From assembly GCF_006345805.1 (NCBI RefSeq), contig NW_021828238.1, forward strand, positions 1-8,878: DNA of 8,878 bases, read 5' to 3'. The notes under the pieces were generated by a model. It made no database searches. It was not told the DNA's origin and saw nothing but the letters and a program-made list of their open reading frames with translations. The first letter of the stretch is position 1. Each line of letters opens with the position of its first letter. The stretch is from Octopus sinensis. Taxonomy: Eukaryota. Position numbers and translations under genes: made by a program. Positions 1 through 8,166 of this stretch are shown piece after piece.

Positions 1-72
1 ATACTACTAATACATCTATTTGTTTTGTACACCACCTGTCTTCGTCTTTTGTTTTTTTTCGTAAACTCTCCC
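1..72 (+). mobile_element. 3' part of a second copy of the (TA)n-flanked hammerhead-bearing element (family of 4064-4258), cut by the window edge
   Basis: 5-72 aligns to the reverse complement of 4065-4131 (manual alignment: 8 mismatches + 1 gap in 68 nt). Both copies end at the same point (..CGTAAAC-NN-TCCC) directly against a (TA)n run. Confidence 0.85.
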
Positions 73-98
73 TATATATATATATATATATATATATC

Positions 99-129
<31 letters not shown>

Positions 130-160
130 TGTGTGTGTGTGTGTGTATTTATGTATGTGT
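73..160. repeat. Compound microsatellite (TA)n followed by (TG)n
   Basis: Directly visible: (TA)n 73-126, (TG)n ~129-146, then a degenerate TG/TA tail. Confidence 0.97.
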
Positions 161-624
161 AATTGTAAGATCTAAGGATCTAAGTGTAGGGAGTTAGTAA
201 CCTTCGACCAGTCCCTGGTAGGTATAACAAACAACGTTCAGGAAAATAACAATTCATTGGTGTCGGTGGTTGTAGGCTTTTCCCCTGTAGAAGGGGCTAA
301 AATAATTTTTATAGTTCATAGATAGCAGCCTGAGTTGCTATGAATGCGAATAAAAATCCAAAATTTTGGGAGTGCAGCAGATAAAATCCAGGCTAAGTGG
401 ATCCAGCGAAGAGAAAAATATGCAGACAAAAAAAAAAAACACCTTAGCATATTTTTCACAGTAACAATTGTTTTTTAGGCCATTGTATGCAAAATTTTCA
501 TGTGAAAGGTTATGTAATATTTGCCATTTTAATCAGAAGTGTGGAGCTTAGTCAGACTTGCATCAAAAGGGGCGCTTTTACGTTGAGCGTTTGTCAAGCC
601 TTGTATGTTTCTTAGTAATAGCCG

Positions 625-1004
625 ATCACGAGTGGCTGTGTGGTAAGAAGCTTGATTTCCAACCACATGTTCCCGGGTTCAGTCCCACTGCGTGGCACCT
701 TGGTCAAGTGTCTTCTATTATAGCCTCGGGCCGACCAAAGCCTTGTGAGTGGATTTGTTAGGCGGAAACCGAAAGAAGCCCGTCGTATATAGTATATGTG
801 TGTGAGTGCCTGTGTTTGCCACCCACCCCCAACATCGCTTAATAACCGATGCTGGTGTGTTTACGTCCCCGTAACTTAGCGGTTCGGCAAGAGACAGATA
901 GAATAAGTACTAGGCTTACAAAGAATAAGTCCTGGGGTCGATTTGCTCGACTGAAGGCGGTGCTCCAGCAAGGACACAGTCAAATCACTGAAACAAGTAA
1001 AAGA
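625..1004 (+). mobile_element. tRNA-derived composite SINE, family A (CORE-type head, resembling octopus OR-type SINEs), near full length
   Basis: A-box-like TGGCTGTGTGG 633-643; B-box-like GGTTCAGTCCC 676-686; CORE-like GGCACCTTGGTCAAGTGTCTT 694-714; internal TA/TG linker ~786-815; 3' module ending GACTGAAAC-like/AAGTAAAAGA. Homologous to 2844-3276, 4291-4490 and 4679-4820. Confidence 0.85.
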
Positions 1005-1085
1005 GCAGAAGAAAAGAGAAAAAGAAAAAAGGTGAAGCAGGAGAAGAAGGGAAAAAGAAGCAAAGAAAAGGAAGGAAAAGAAAGG
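1005..1085. repeat. Purine-rich (GA/GAA) low-complexity tract
   Basis: Almost only A/G; explains the Lys/Glu-rich end of ORF 849..1142. Confidence 0.85.
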
Positions 1086-1095
1086 TGTGCTAGGG

Positions 1096-1297
1096 TAATA
1101 ACGATTTCAAAATTTGGCACAAGGCCAGCATGTTCGGGGTAGGGGGTACGTCGATTTCATCGACCCCAGTGTCGAACTGGTACAAAAGATGAAGGGCGAA
1201 ATAAACCCTGGCAGAATATGAACGTAGAATGTAAAGACTGACGAAACGCTGCTAAGCATTTCGCCCGGGGCGCTGACGATTCTACTGGCTCGCAGCC
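1096..1297 (-). mobile_element. tRNA-derived SINE, family B variant with ..GGCCTTGTGCCAAATTTTGAAATCGTTATTA tail; internal deletion in the central domain
   Basis: Minus strand starts GGCTGCGAGCCAGTAGAATCGTCAGC..GGGCGAAATGCTTAGC, colinear with 8445-8666 and 1467-1656; keeps GTACCAGT..ACTGGGGTCGAT..ATCGAC but lacks the CGGGGTCGATAAATTAA segment present in 8445-8666. Confidence 0.8.
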
Positions 1298-1466
1298 TTA
1301 TGCTACGCTAATAACAAAAACATTCCAGCACTGGTAACAAAACAGATACTAATCAAGTGTGAATAAAAAATATCAGAGGACATCGCAAATGAGAATACTG
1401 AAGAGATATGATAATGGCATTCCGAAAAAAAATAAAATAGGAAAATGAAAATGAAAATAAAGCAAA

Positions 1467-1656
1467 AATGGTTTCAAATTTTGGCACAGGGATAGGAATT
1501 TCAATTACATCGATCTCTCTGCTCAACTGGATGAAAGGGTGAAAGGATGAAAAGCAAAGCCAACATCGGGGGAATAGGAACTCAGAACGTAAAAAATGGA
1601 TCAAACGTTGCTAAGCATTTCGTCCCGCGTGGTAACGATTGTGACTGCTGGCCGCC
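1467..1656 (-). mobile_element. Diverged family-B SINE, same tail type as 1096-1297
   Basis: Minus strand starts GGCGGCCAGC..AATCGTTACC..GAAATGCTTAGC..ACGTTCTGAGTTCC..TTTCATCCTTTC; tail TGTGCCAAAATTTGAAAC matches the reverse complement of 1104-1122. Confidence 0.75.
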
Positions 1657-1799
1657 TTAATAATAATAATAATAATATAATAATAATAATAATATAATAA
1701 TAATAATAATAATAATAATGATAATAATAATAATAATAATAATAATTGATAATAATAATAATGATAATAATAATAATAATGATAATAATAATAATAATG

Positions 1800-1836
<37 letters not shown>

Positions 1837-1876
1837 TGATAATATAATAATAATAATGATAATAATAATAATAATA

Positions 1877-1921
<45 letters not shown>

Positions 1922-1968
1922 TATGATGATATGATGATGATGATGATGAATGATGAAAAATGATGATG
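1657..1968. repeat. Trinucleotide array (TAA)n grading into (TGA)n
   Basis: Directly visible; source of the poly-Ile/Tyr/Leu/His ORFs. Confidence 0.97.
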
Positions 1969-2165
1969 CACGGAATTTTGTCAGTGAACAGGTCGTGGTC
2001 TCAAAGCGACGAAAATATTTTGACAAATCAAATTTAAATGTTGAAGTGAATCTAACGGTTTTTGTATGTTTCTGAAATGGCTTATATACACCTTCCACGC
2101 TGCAATTGTTTTCGTTTCAGCACACGATCTCAGATCAAGTCACTTGCTATGCAAGTATATCTCCG
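1969..2165 (+). mobile_element. ~197-bp non-coding element carrying a hammerhead-like motif (putative solo pseudo-LTR / non-autonomous Penelope-like or retrozyme-like unit)
   Basis: Complex sequence bounded by (TGA/TAA)n on the left and (TAA)n on the right; contains the hammerhead fold at 1977-2027 and a 6-bp hairpin ACTTGC-TAT-GCAAGT at 2142-2156. Only one copy in the window, so boundaries and mobility are inferred. Confidence 0.6.
1977..2027 (+). ncRNA. Minimal type-I hammerhead ribozyme motif, G3-C8 core variant, palindromic helix III
   Basis: Helix I UUUGUCA(1977-83)/UGACAAA(2021-27), 7 bp; core GUGAACA(1984-90); extra G1991; helix II GUCG(1992-95)/CGAC(2007-10) plus U.G; GAAA(2011-14); self-complementary AAUAUU(2014-19); H17=U2020. 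Confidence 0.75.
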
Positions 2166-2260
2166 TAATAATAATAATAATGATGATTTCTTTATTAACC
2201 ACAAGAGTTTACATTAAGAAAAACATTATGGACAGTACAGGACAAAACGTAAATTCTTGA
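2166..2260 (-). repeat. (TAA)n run plus possible decayed 3' end of a family-B SINE
   Basis: (TAA)n 2166-2180 is clear. TTTCTTTATTAACCACAAG (2187-2205) resembles TTTCTTTACTACCCACAAG (8449-8467), but similarity fades quickly. Confidence 0.4.
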
Positions 2261-2299
2261 TTTATTAATATCATCTCTACCTCTTGAAGCAGAGATTAC

Positions 2300-2473
2300 C
2301 AAATAGCAATTAAGACCAGGTCCGCGTAAGAGAGGAAGAGAATCTCAAGAACCAAGACTTTTTTTCCAAACTGACAAAGTATTAAGGAGACAGACAAGCT
2401 TATTGCCGTGAAATAAGAGGACAGTCGCAGACATGAGTTTTCTGGCTCGACAGCATAGCTTCTCTCCTGTGGC
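2300..2473 (-). CDS. Candidate internal coding exon (174 nt, phase 2-2), hydrophobic peptide of unknown identity
   Basis: Minus strand: CT-rich tract, then CACCTAG|G acceptor (exon starts 2473) and TTTG|GTAATC donor (exon ends 2300). Length is divisible by 3 and only one frame is open: PQERSYAVEPENSCLRLSSYFTAISLSVSLILCQFGKKVLVLEILFLSYADLVLIAI. No family recognised. Confidence 0.35.
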
Positions 2474-2491
2474 CTAGGTGAATAGGTTGAT

Positions 2492-2630
2492 GGAGAGAGA
2501 GAGAGAGAGGGTGGGAGAAGGGAAGGGAGAGGGAAAGAGGGGGATATATAAAGAGAGAGAGAGAGAGAGAGGAGAGCGAAAGGGCAAGGGAAAAAGATGG
2601 AGTAAGTACGAGAGATAAGAGGTAAAGGGG
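2492..2630. repeat. (GA)n / polypurine tract
   Basis: GAGA runs and GGGA/GAAA stretches, briefly interrupted by TATATA. Confidence 0.9.
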
Positions 2631-2843
2631 ATGACAACAAAAGTCAGTTTTAGTGTCACGGCATTTCATGAACGGGATTATGGTAGAAAAATACAGACAT
2701 TCTTGGCCAAGTGCAACAATCAGAATGTATGGAAGCCCAAATATACAAACTACAATCTGCAAAACTCAGCTGAATACACGATAATTGAACTAAATATTAA
2801 TATTTCTTTTATTGTTCTACTCCGATATTTTGCTTACCATTTC

Positions 2844-3276
2844 GGCGCAGAGACGGCGGTGTGGTGAAGAAAAGGTCACTTTTCAACCATGTGGCTTCGG
2901 GTTCAGTCTCACTGCATTGTACATTGGGCAAGTGTTTTATACTACAGCTACGGGCCGAGACCAATACCTTGTAAGTCTGTTAGACAGAGGCCCGTTATAA
3001 ATATATGCGTGTGTGCGCGAGAGATTCTGTGAGCATGCGTGTGCCCTTGTGTCTCTTTTTCTACATCCCGCCATCGCTTTACAATAAGTCCTGGCACGTT
3101 TACAACTCTGTGATTTAGCGGTTCGGCAGACGAGGCCGATAGAAAAAGTACCACACTTAAAGCGAAAAACGAAGTACTGGGTTCCATTTATTCGACCAAA
3201 ACTCTTTCACGACGGGTGCCACAGCATGGCTGCAATCAACGATTGAAAGAAGCGAAACATGAAAGATAAAAGAAAG
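2844..3276 (+). mobile_element. Older, more diverged full-length family-A SINE
   Basis: GGCGCAG start; GGGTTCAGTCTCACTGC B-box region ~2899-2915; TTGGGCAAGTG CORE-like; CGGGCCGA; microsatellite linker; TTAGCGGTTCGGCA..CCGATAGAAAAAGTACC..CAGCATGGCTGCAATC. Colinear with 625-1004. Confidence 0.8.
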
Positions 3277-3792
3277 ATTATTCTCACATCTAGGCTTCCA
3301 TACATTCTAAGCTCCATACTTCTCTTAGTATATTTTTTTCAAATTATAATCGTATGAAAGAATTCTGACACGGAAGTAAAAATCTTGTGACTTACCCATA
3401 CCATATCACTTGGTACCTCTGCTTTACACTTCACTCACTCTCTCTCCCCCATTTCCTTCACCTTTATGTCTTTTTAACATTGCTTTCACTCGCCTCACAT
3501 CTCTCTCTCTCTTTTTTTTTCTCTCCATGAACATTTCTACACTTTCTGTCAAATAAATTCGTTTCCTTTTGTAATTCCATGATGTTGTACTTCTCACTAT
3601 CTAATCTGTTTCCACATATTGTAGATTCCTCCAGATATATATACATGCACAAAAACACACACAAACACGCACACACACAGCAATAACCCGGGCCAATGGT
3701 TTGTACTTTTATTTTGTATTTCAATATTTCAGCGTTAAGACCCCTTCAAGAAATCTTCAGAGAAATGGTATCGAGAGCTGGCTTTTCTGATC

Positions 3793-3841
<49 letters not shown>

Positions 3842-3860
3842 CCAATATATATATATAATG

Positions 3861-3893
<33 letters not shown>

Positions 3894-4026
3894 GTATATG
3901 TATATTTTATAATATATATATGTATATATATATATATTATATATATATATATATATAATTATATATATATATATATATATATTATGTATATGTATATGTA
4001 TATTTATATATATATGTATATATATC

Positions 4027-4063
<37 letters not shown>
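3793..4063. repeat. Compound microsatellite (GTCT)n-(CT)n-long interrupted (TA)n
   Basis: (GTCT)n 3793-3824, (CT)n to ~3841, (TA)n with TATG/TAA interruptions 3845-4063. Confidence 0.97.
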
Positions 4064-4064
<1 letters not shown>

Positions 4065-4258
4065 GGGAAGGTTTACGAAAATAAACAAAAGACGAAGGCA
4101 GGTGGAGTACAAATAAACAAATGTATTAGTATGGCGCTCAGGAATAGAACTAGAACAAGTCTTTTACGTTTCGAGCCTACGCTCTTCGACAGAAAGATAC
4201 ACAGAAAAAAACAAGGAGAGAAAAAATTGCGTGTATGAGCTAACGATCTATCATGGCG
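4064..4258 (-). mobile_element. 195-bp (TA)n-flanked element carrying a hammerhead-like motif (putative solo pseudo-LTR of a Penelope-like element)
   Basis: Sharp boundaries against (TA)n on both sides; second copy at 1-72 with the same end point; hammerhead fold at 4160-4197; no coding capacity. Confidence 0.75.
4160..4197 (-). ncRNA. Minimal type-I hammerhead ribozyme motif, A6U core variant, loop-less ACGU helix III
   Basis: Minus strand UCUUU-CUGUCGA-A-GAGC-GUAG-GCUC-GAA-ACGU-A-AAAGA: helix I UCUUU/AAAGA 5 bp, helix II GAGC/GCUC 4 bp with tetraloop, GAAAC, GUA cleavage triplet (predicted cut between 4165 and 4164). Confidence 0.75.
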
Positions 4259-4282
4259 TATATATATATATATATATATATA
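4259..4282. repeat. (TA)12
   Basis: Directly visible between the hammerhead element and the SINE 3' module. Confidence 0.97.
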
Positions 4283-4290
4283 AATCCTTC

Positions 4291-4490
4291 TCCTTGTTTC
4301 AGTCATTTGACTGCGGTCATGCTGCAGCACCACCTTGAAGGGTTTTAGTCGAATAAACCGACCCTAGGAGTGGTACTTATTCTATCGCTCTCTTTTGACT
4401 AACTGCTAACATACGAGGACGTAAACAGACCAACAGTAGTTGTCAGGCGATGTTGGGGACTAAGACAGGCACAAAGACACACAGACATAT
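4291..4490 (-). mobile_element. 3' module only of a family-A SINE
   Basis: Reverse complement aligns to ~815-1000 (CCCCAACATCGC..TGTTTACGTCC..GATAGAATAAGTAC..TCGACT..GGTGCTGCAGCATG..CAGTCAAATGACTGAAACAAG); no tRNA head found next to it. Confidence 0.8.
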
Positions 4491-4544
4491 ACAAATATAA
4501 TTAAACGATAAAATCATTAAAAATTTTATCGGTGACCAGCATAT

Positions 4545-4583
4545 AAAATATACATACATACATACATGCATACATGCATACAT

Positions 4584-4614
<31 letters not shown>

Positions 4615-4620
4615 ATATAT
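4545..4620. repeat. Compound (TACA)n-(CA)n-(TA)n
   Basis: Directly visible. Confidence 0.95.
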
Positions 4621-4678
4621 ACTTAGGAATGTTTTTTTATAAAACGCGAGCTAAAAAATGGCTTCTCTCTATGTATAT

Positions 4679-4820
4679 GAGCACAGGCATCGCTGTGTGA
4701 ATAAGAAGGTAGCTTTGCAGCCGCATGATTTCTGAGTTCAGTCCTAAATTGCGGCAACCCCGGGCCGACCAATGCCTTTCGAGTGAATTTGGCAACGGGA
4801 AACTATGAGGAAGCCCATCG
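4679..4820 (+). mobile_element. 5' head only of a family-A SINE with the CORE segment largely deleted, ending in (TA)n
   Basis: GAGCACAGGCATCGCTGTGTG..GAGTTCAGTCC..CGGGCCGACCAATGCCTT..GAAGCCCATCG then (TA)n 4821-4843. The TTGG(G/T)CAAGTGTCTTCTA segment seen at 700-717 is missing. Confidence 0.75.
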
Positions 4821-5214
4821 TATATATATATATATATATATATGTCCACGAACACATGCATATAGTGCGAAGAACAAGAGGTAATAAACACACAAGACGT
4901 GCTAAGTTTACGATACAGACTATGAAACTGATGTGTGTATATGAGTGTGTGCGAGTGTGCACTTGTGTCTGTAAGTGCATAAAATACATGTATGTGCACA
5001 TACACTAGCACACACACAAGTGCACACACACACGTGCACACACATTGAAAAAGAGAGAGGAAAGAGAAAGATAGACTTAGCTTTACACAGCTGAATTAAT
5101 AAAACCTGAATGTCATGTGATTTAGCTGTATGTGGCTGCCATATTGGAAAACTGTCACACAATAAACAAGTGACATTTATGAAGCAGCAACCAAACTATT
5201 CACAAGGGTGTGTT

Positions 5215-5398
5215 CATTGTATGCGCACGTATATGTGTGTGCGTGTGTGTTTGTATGTGTATGTGTGTGTGTGTGTGCTTCCGGGGGAGGGCGATTGTGC
5301 AAGCTTAATATAGTAGGGTAGAAGGTAGATCAGTGATTTTCTTTCATCTGAGTACTTCTGATGACCAAATAATACACATCTACGTATGCATGTATATA

Positions 5399-5460
<62 letters not shown>

Positions 5461-5746
5461 ATATATATACATACATATATATATGAATGTATACAGACAG
5501 ACATACTCACAGACACCACATGCATACATACCTACATACACAGACACACACACACACCTAGATACGTATATACAAACGCTGTTTTAACACTTCTCGCGTT
5601 TGTGAAACCAAGCACACATACATATATATATACATACAAACATACATACGTACGTACATACATATAAACATACATACGTACGTACATACATACATACATG
5701 CATGCATACATACCACACCACACATACATATCTGTATATATATATA

Positions 5747-5787
<41 letters not shown>

Positions 5788-5850
5788 TATATATATCTTT
5801 CACATACCTACACATTTATTCATACAATTATGCGTGTATATATGACAGTG
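5215..5850. repeat. Degenerate (TG)n, (TA)n, (TACA)n and (CA)n arrays
   Basis: Directly visible; long (TA)n at ~5395-5468 and ~5735-5795; short unique spacer ~5281-5375. Confidence 0.9.
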
Positions 5851-6059
5851 CGTATAGATGTACGTGTTCAAAGACACGCACAAAAAACAAAAACAAACAA
5901 AAAAAAAAAAACAAAACAAAAAAACCTGTCGATTGCGGCATCAATGTCGACAAGTGTCTGAAACCATAAATCTGTTGGTAGTCGATCGATCGATATTGAT
6001 CGATAAATCATCGAAACATCTCAATCCAGCCTTGCTTCTGTTGCATCGCAACTAACCTT

Positions 6060-6082
6060 TACACACACCACACTCAAAAACG

Positions 6083-6128
<46 letters not shown>

Positions 6129-6245
6129 TGCACGCACATACACGTACGTAAACACGCACGTGCATGCATGTACGTGTACACGACCATTTACACACACACA
6201 TACTCGTATACACACACACATATGTACACACACACACACACACAC
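6060..6245. repeat. Degenerate (CA)n / (CACG)n array
   Basis: Directly visible. Confidence 0.93.
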
Positions 6246-6322
6246 TCAAGACATATATAATCAGTTTCATTTACACAAAGTTCACTGTATATAAAGACAC
6301 GTGTACATTTAATTATATATAT

Positions 6323-6838
6323 TTCATACATACATACATACATACATACATACATACGTACGTACGTACGTACGTACGTACATACATACAAATATACATA
6401 CATAACATACATACATACTTACAAAATACGTACATATACATACATACATACATACATACATACGTACTCGTACCATACATACAATATACATACGTACGTA
6501 CATACATACATATTACATACTACATACATACATACATACATACTACATACATACATACATACATACGTACATACATACATACATACATACATACATACAT
6601 ACATACATACATACATACATACATACATACGTACGTACGTACATACATACAAATATACATACGTACGTACATACATACATATATACATACATACATACAT
6701 ACATACATACATACATACATACATACATACGTACATACGTACATACATACATACATACATACATACATACATACGTACGTACGTACATACATACAAATAT
6801 ACATACGTACGTACATACATACATAATACAAACATACA

Positions 6839-6872
<34 letters not shown>

Positions 6873-7222
6873 CATACATAAATGCATACATATATACGTA
6901 CATACATACATACATACGTACATACATACATACATACATACATACATACATACATACATACATACATACGTACGTACGTACATACATACAAATATACATA
7001 CGTACGTACATACATACATATATACATACATACATACATACATACATACATACATACATACGTACATACATACATGCGTACGTACGTACATACATACGTT
7101 CGTACGTACATACATACATAAATACATTCGTACGTACATACATACATAAATACATTCGCGTACATACATACATGCATACATATATACATACATACATGCG
7201 TACATACATGCATACATACATA
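6323..7222. repeat. ~900-bp (TACA)n array with (TACG)n variant blocks and higher-order duplications
   Basis: Directly visible; source of the HTYI/MYVC/CMYV ORFs. Confidence 0.97.
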
Positions 7223-7249
7223 GAAGGATACATATATGGACACCAACGC

Positions 7250-7985
7250 AAAGTCTCTCTCCCTCTCTCTCTCTATCCCTCTCATACACTACATCGTTAT
7301 ACACACTAATACGCGCGCTCGTGCACTCACACACACACACACACACACTCGTATACACGTTCACATGAAGATACATAGCCCCCCCTCACCTATATATTGA
7401 AATAAACACAGAAGAACACGGATGTAGACATTCTCAGAAACACACAGATACACACATACACACACACGCATACATGTGAGCGTACATACTCACGCAAGAA
7501 TATATACATGAAACGTACACACACTCACACACACAGATGAATTGACCCAGATGCACATTCGAAAATATATACATACACACATACATATACTCATTTACAC
7601 ACAGATCTACACAGTACATAGACGAGGCAGAGAGAGACACCCACGCGAAGTTTCTCTCTGTTTCGTAAAGAAACACACAAACACACAAACACACCACACC
7701 TTCGTACACACTCTTACATTCAATGACGTGCACATACACACTCACACACATACACGCGCGTACGCACACAAATATATACACATATGCACACATAGAGACA
7801 GACTCGCACAAATAGGAACATGTATACACGCAAAGACATACTCGCATAAACATTCAGATATTTATAATTAAACGTACGAACGACATCCTTTCCAATTTGT
7901 AATTTATCGCCTATATATACAATCGCCTATATCCGTATATACATACACATACAAACATTCATATACAAATATAATTATACACATA
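7250..7985. repeat. Degenerate CA/TA-rich low-complexity region
   Basis: Short (CT)n, (CA)n and (TACA)n remnants throughout. Confidence 0.75.
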
Positions 7986-8022
7986 GGTGCAGGATTGGCT
8001 GTGTGCTAATAAGTTTGCTTCC
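7986..8022 (+). mobile_element. A-box-only 5' fragment of a family-A SINE
   Basis: GGTGCAGGATTGGCTGTGTGCTAATAAGTTTGCTTCC resembles 625-660 and 2844-2880; similarity stops before the B box. Confidence 0.65.
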
Positions 8023-8166
8023 GGTTTATCTTATTGATTAGTTCAACTGATGTCTTTGTTTGTAACACACGTGTTTTTGTTGTCTTAGCGGTGCGACATT
8101 TTCCCGTTTGTTTAATGGAGGGGCGTCGTGTGACGAGTTGTGAAAATTTGAATTATTCTTCTTCAG

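Noticed and set aside
255-300. Minus-strand peptide containing TGEKP (C2H2 zinc-finger linker)
   Set aside because: No flanking CxxC/HxxxH, and a stop codon follows shortly; chance match.
558-1142. ORFs 558..761 and 849..1142
   Set aside because: They run through a family-A SINE and a purine-rich tract; no protein signal.
1398-1427. CTGAAGA...GAAA, a third hammerhead-like core
   Set aside because: Helix II pairs poorly (mismatches next to the closing G-C), and there is no helix III palindrome, NUH context or helix I.
1096-1656. Regularly recurring GTCGA palindromes and repeats suggesting a CRISPR-like array
   Set aside because: Explained by dispersed SINE copies in eukaryotic DNA; no constant repeat-spacer periodicity and no cas genes.
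1601-2098. ORFs with poly-Ile/Tyr/Leu/His (1601..2098, 1657..1971)
   Set aside because: Translations of the (TAA/TGA)n array; the non-repeat N-terminus is antisense to the ribozyme element and matches no family I recognise.
3733-3767. Possible 35-nt + strand micro-exon (TTTCAG| ... ATG|GTATCG)
   Set aside because: The acceptor looks good, but the donor is weak and the segment is too short to support without RNA data.
6164-7376. Long 220-288 aa ORFs (HTYI / MYVC / CMYV repeats)
   Set aside because: (TACA)n lacks stop codons in these frames; these are artefacts, as are the YI/CV-rich ORFs at 3696-5961.
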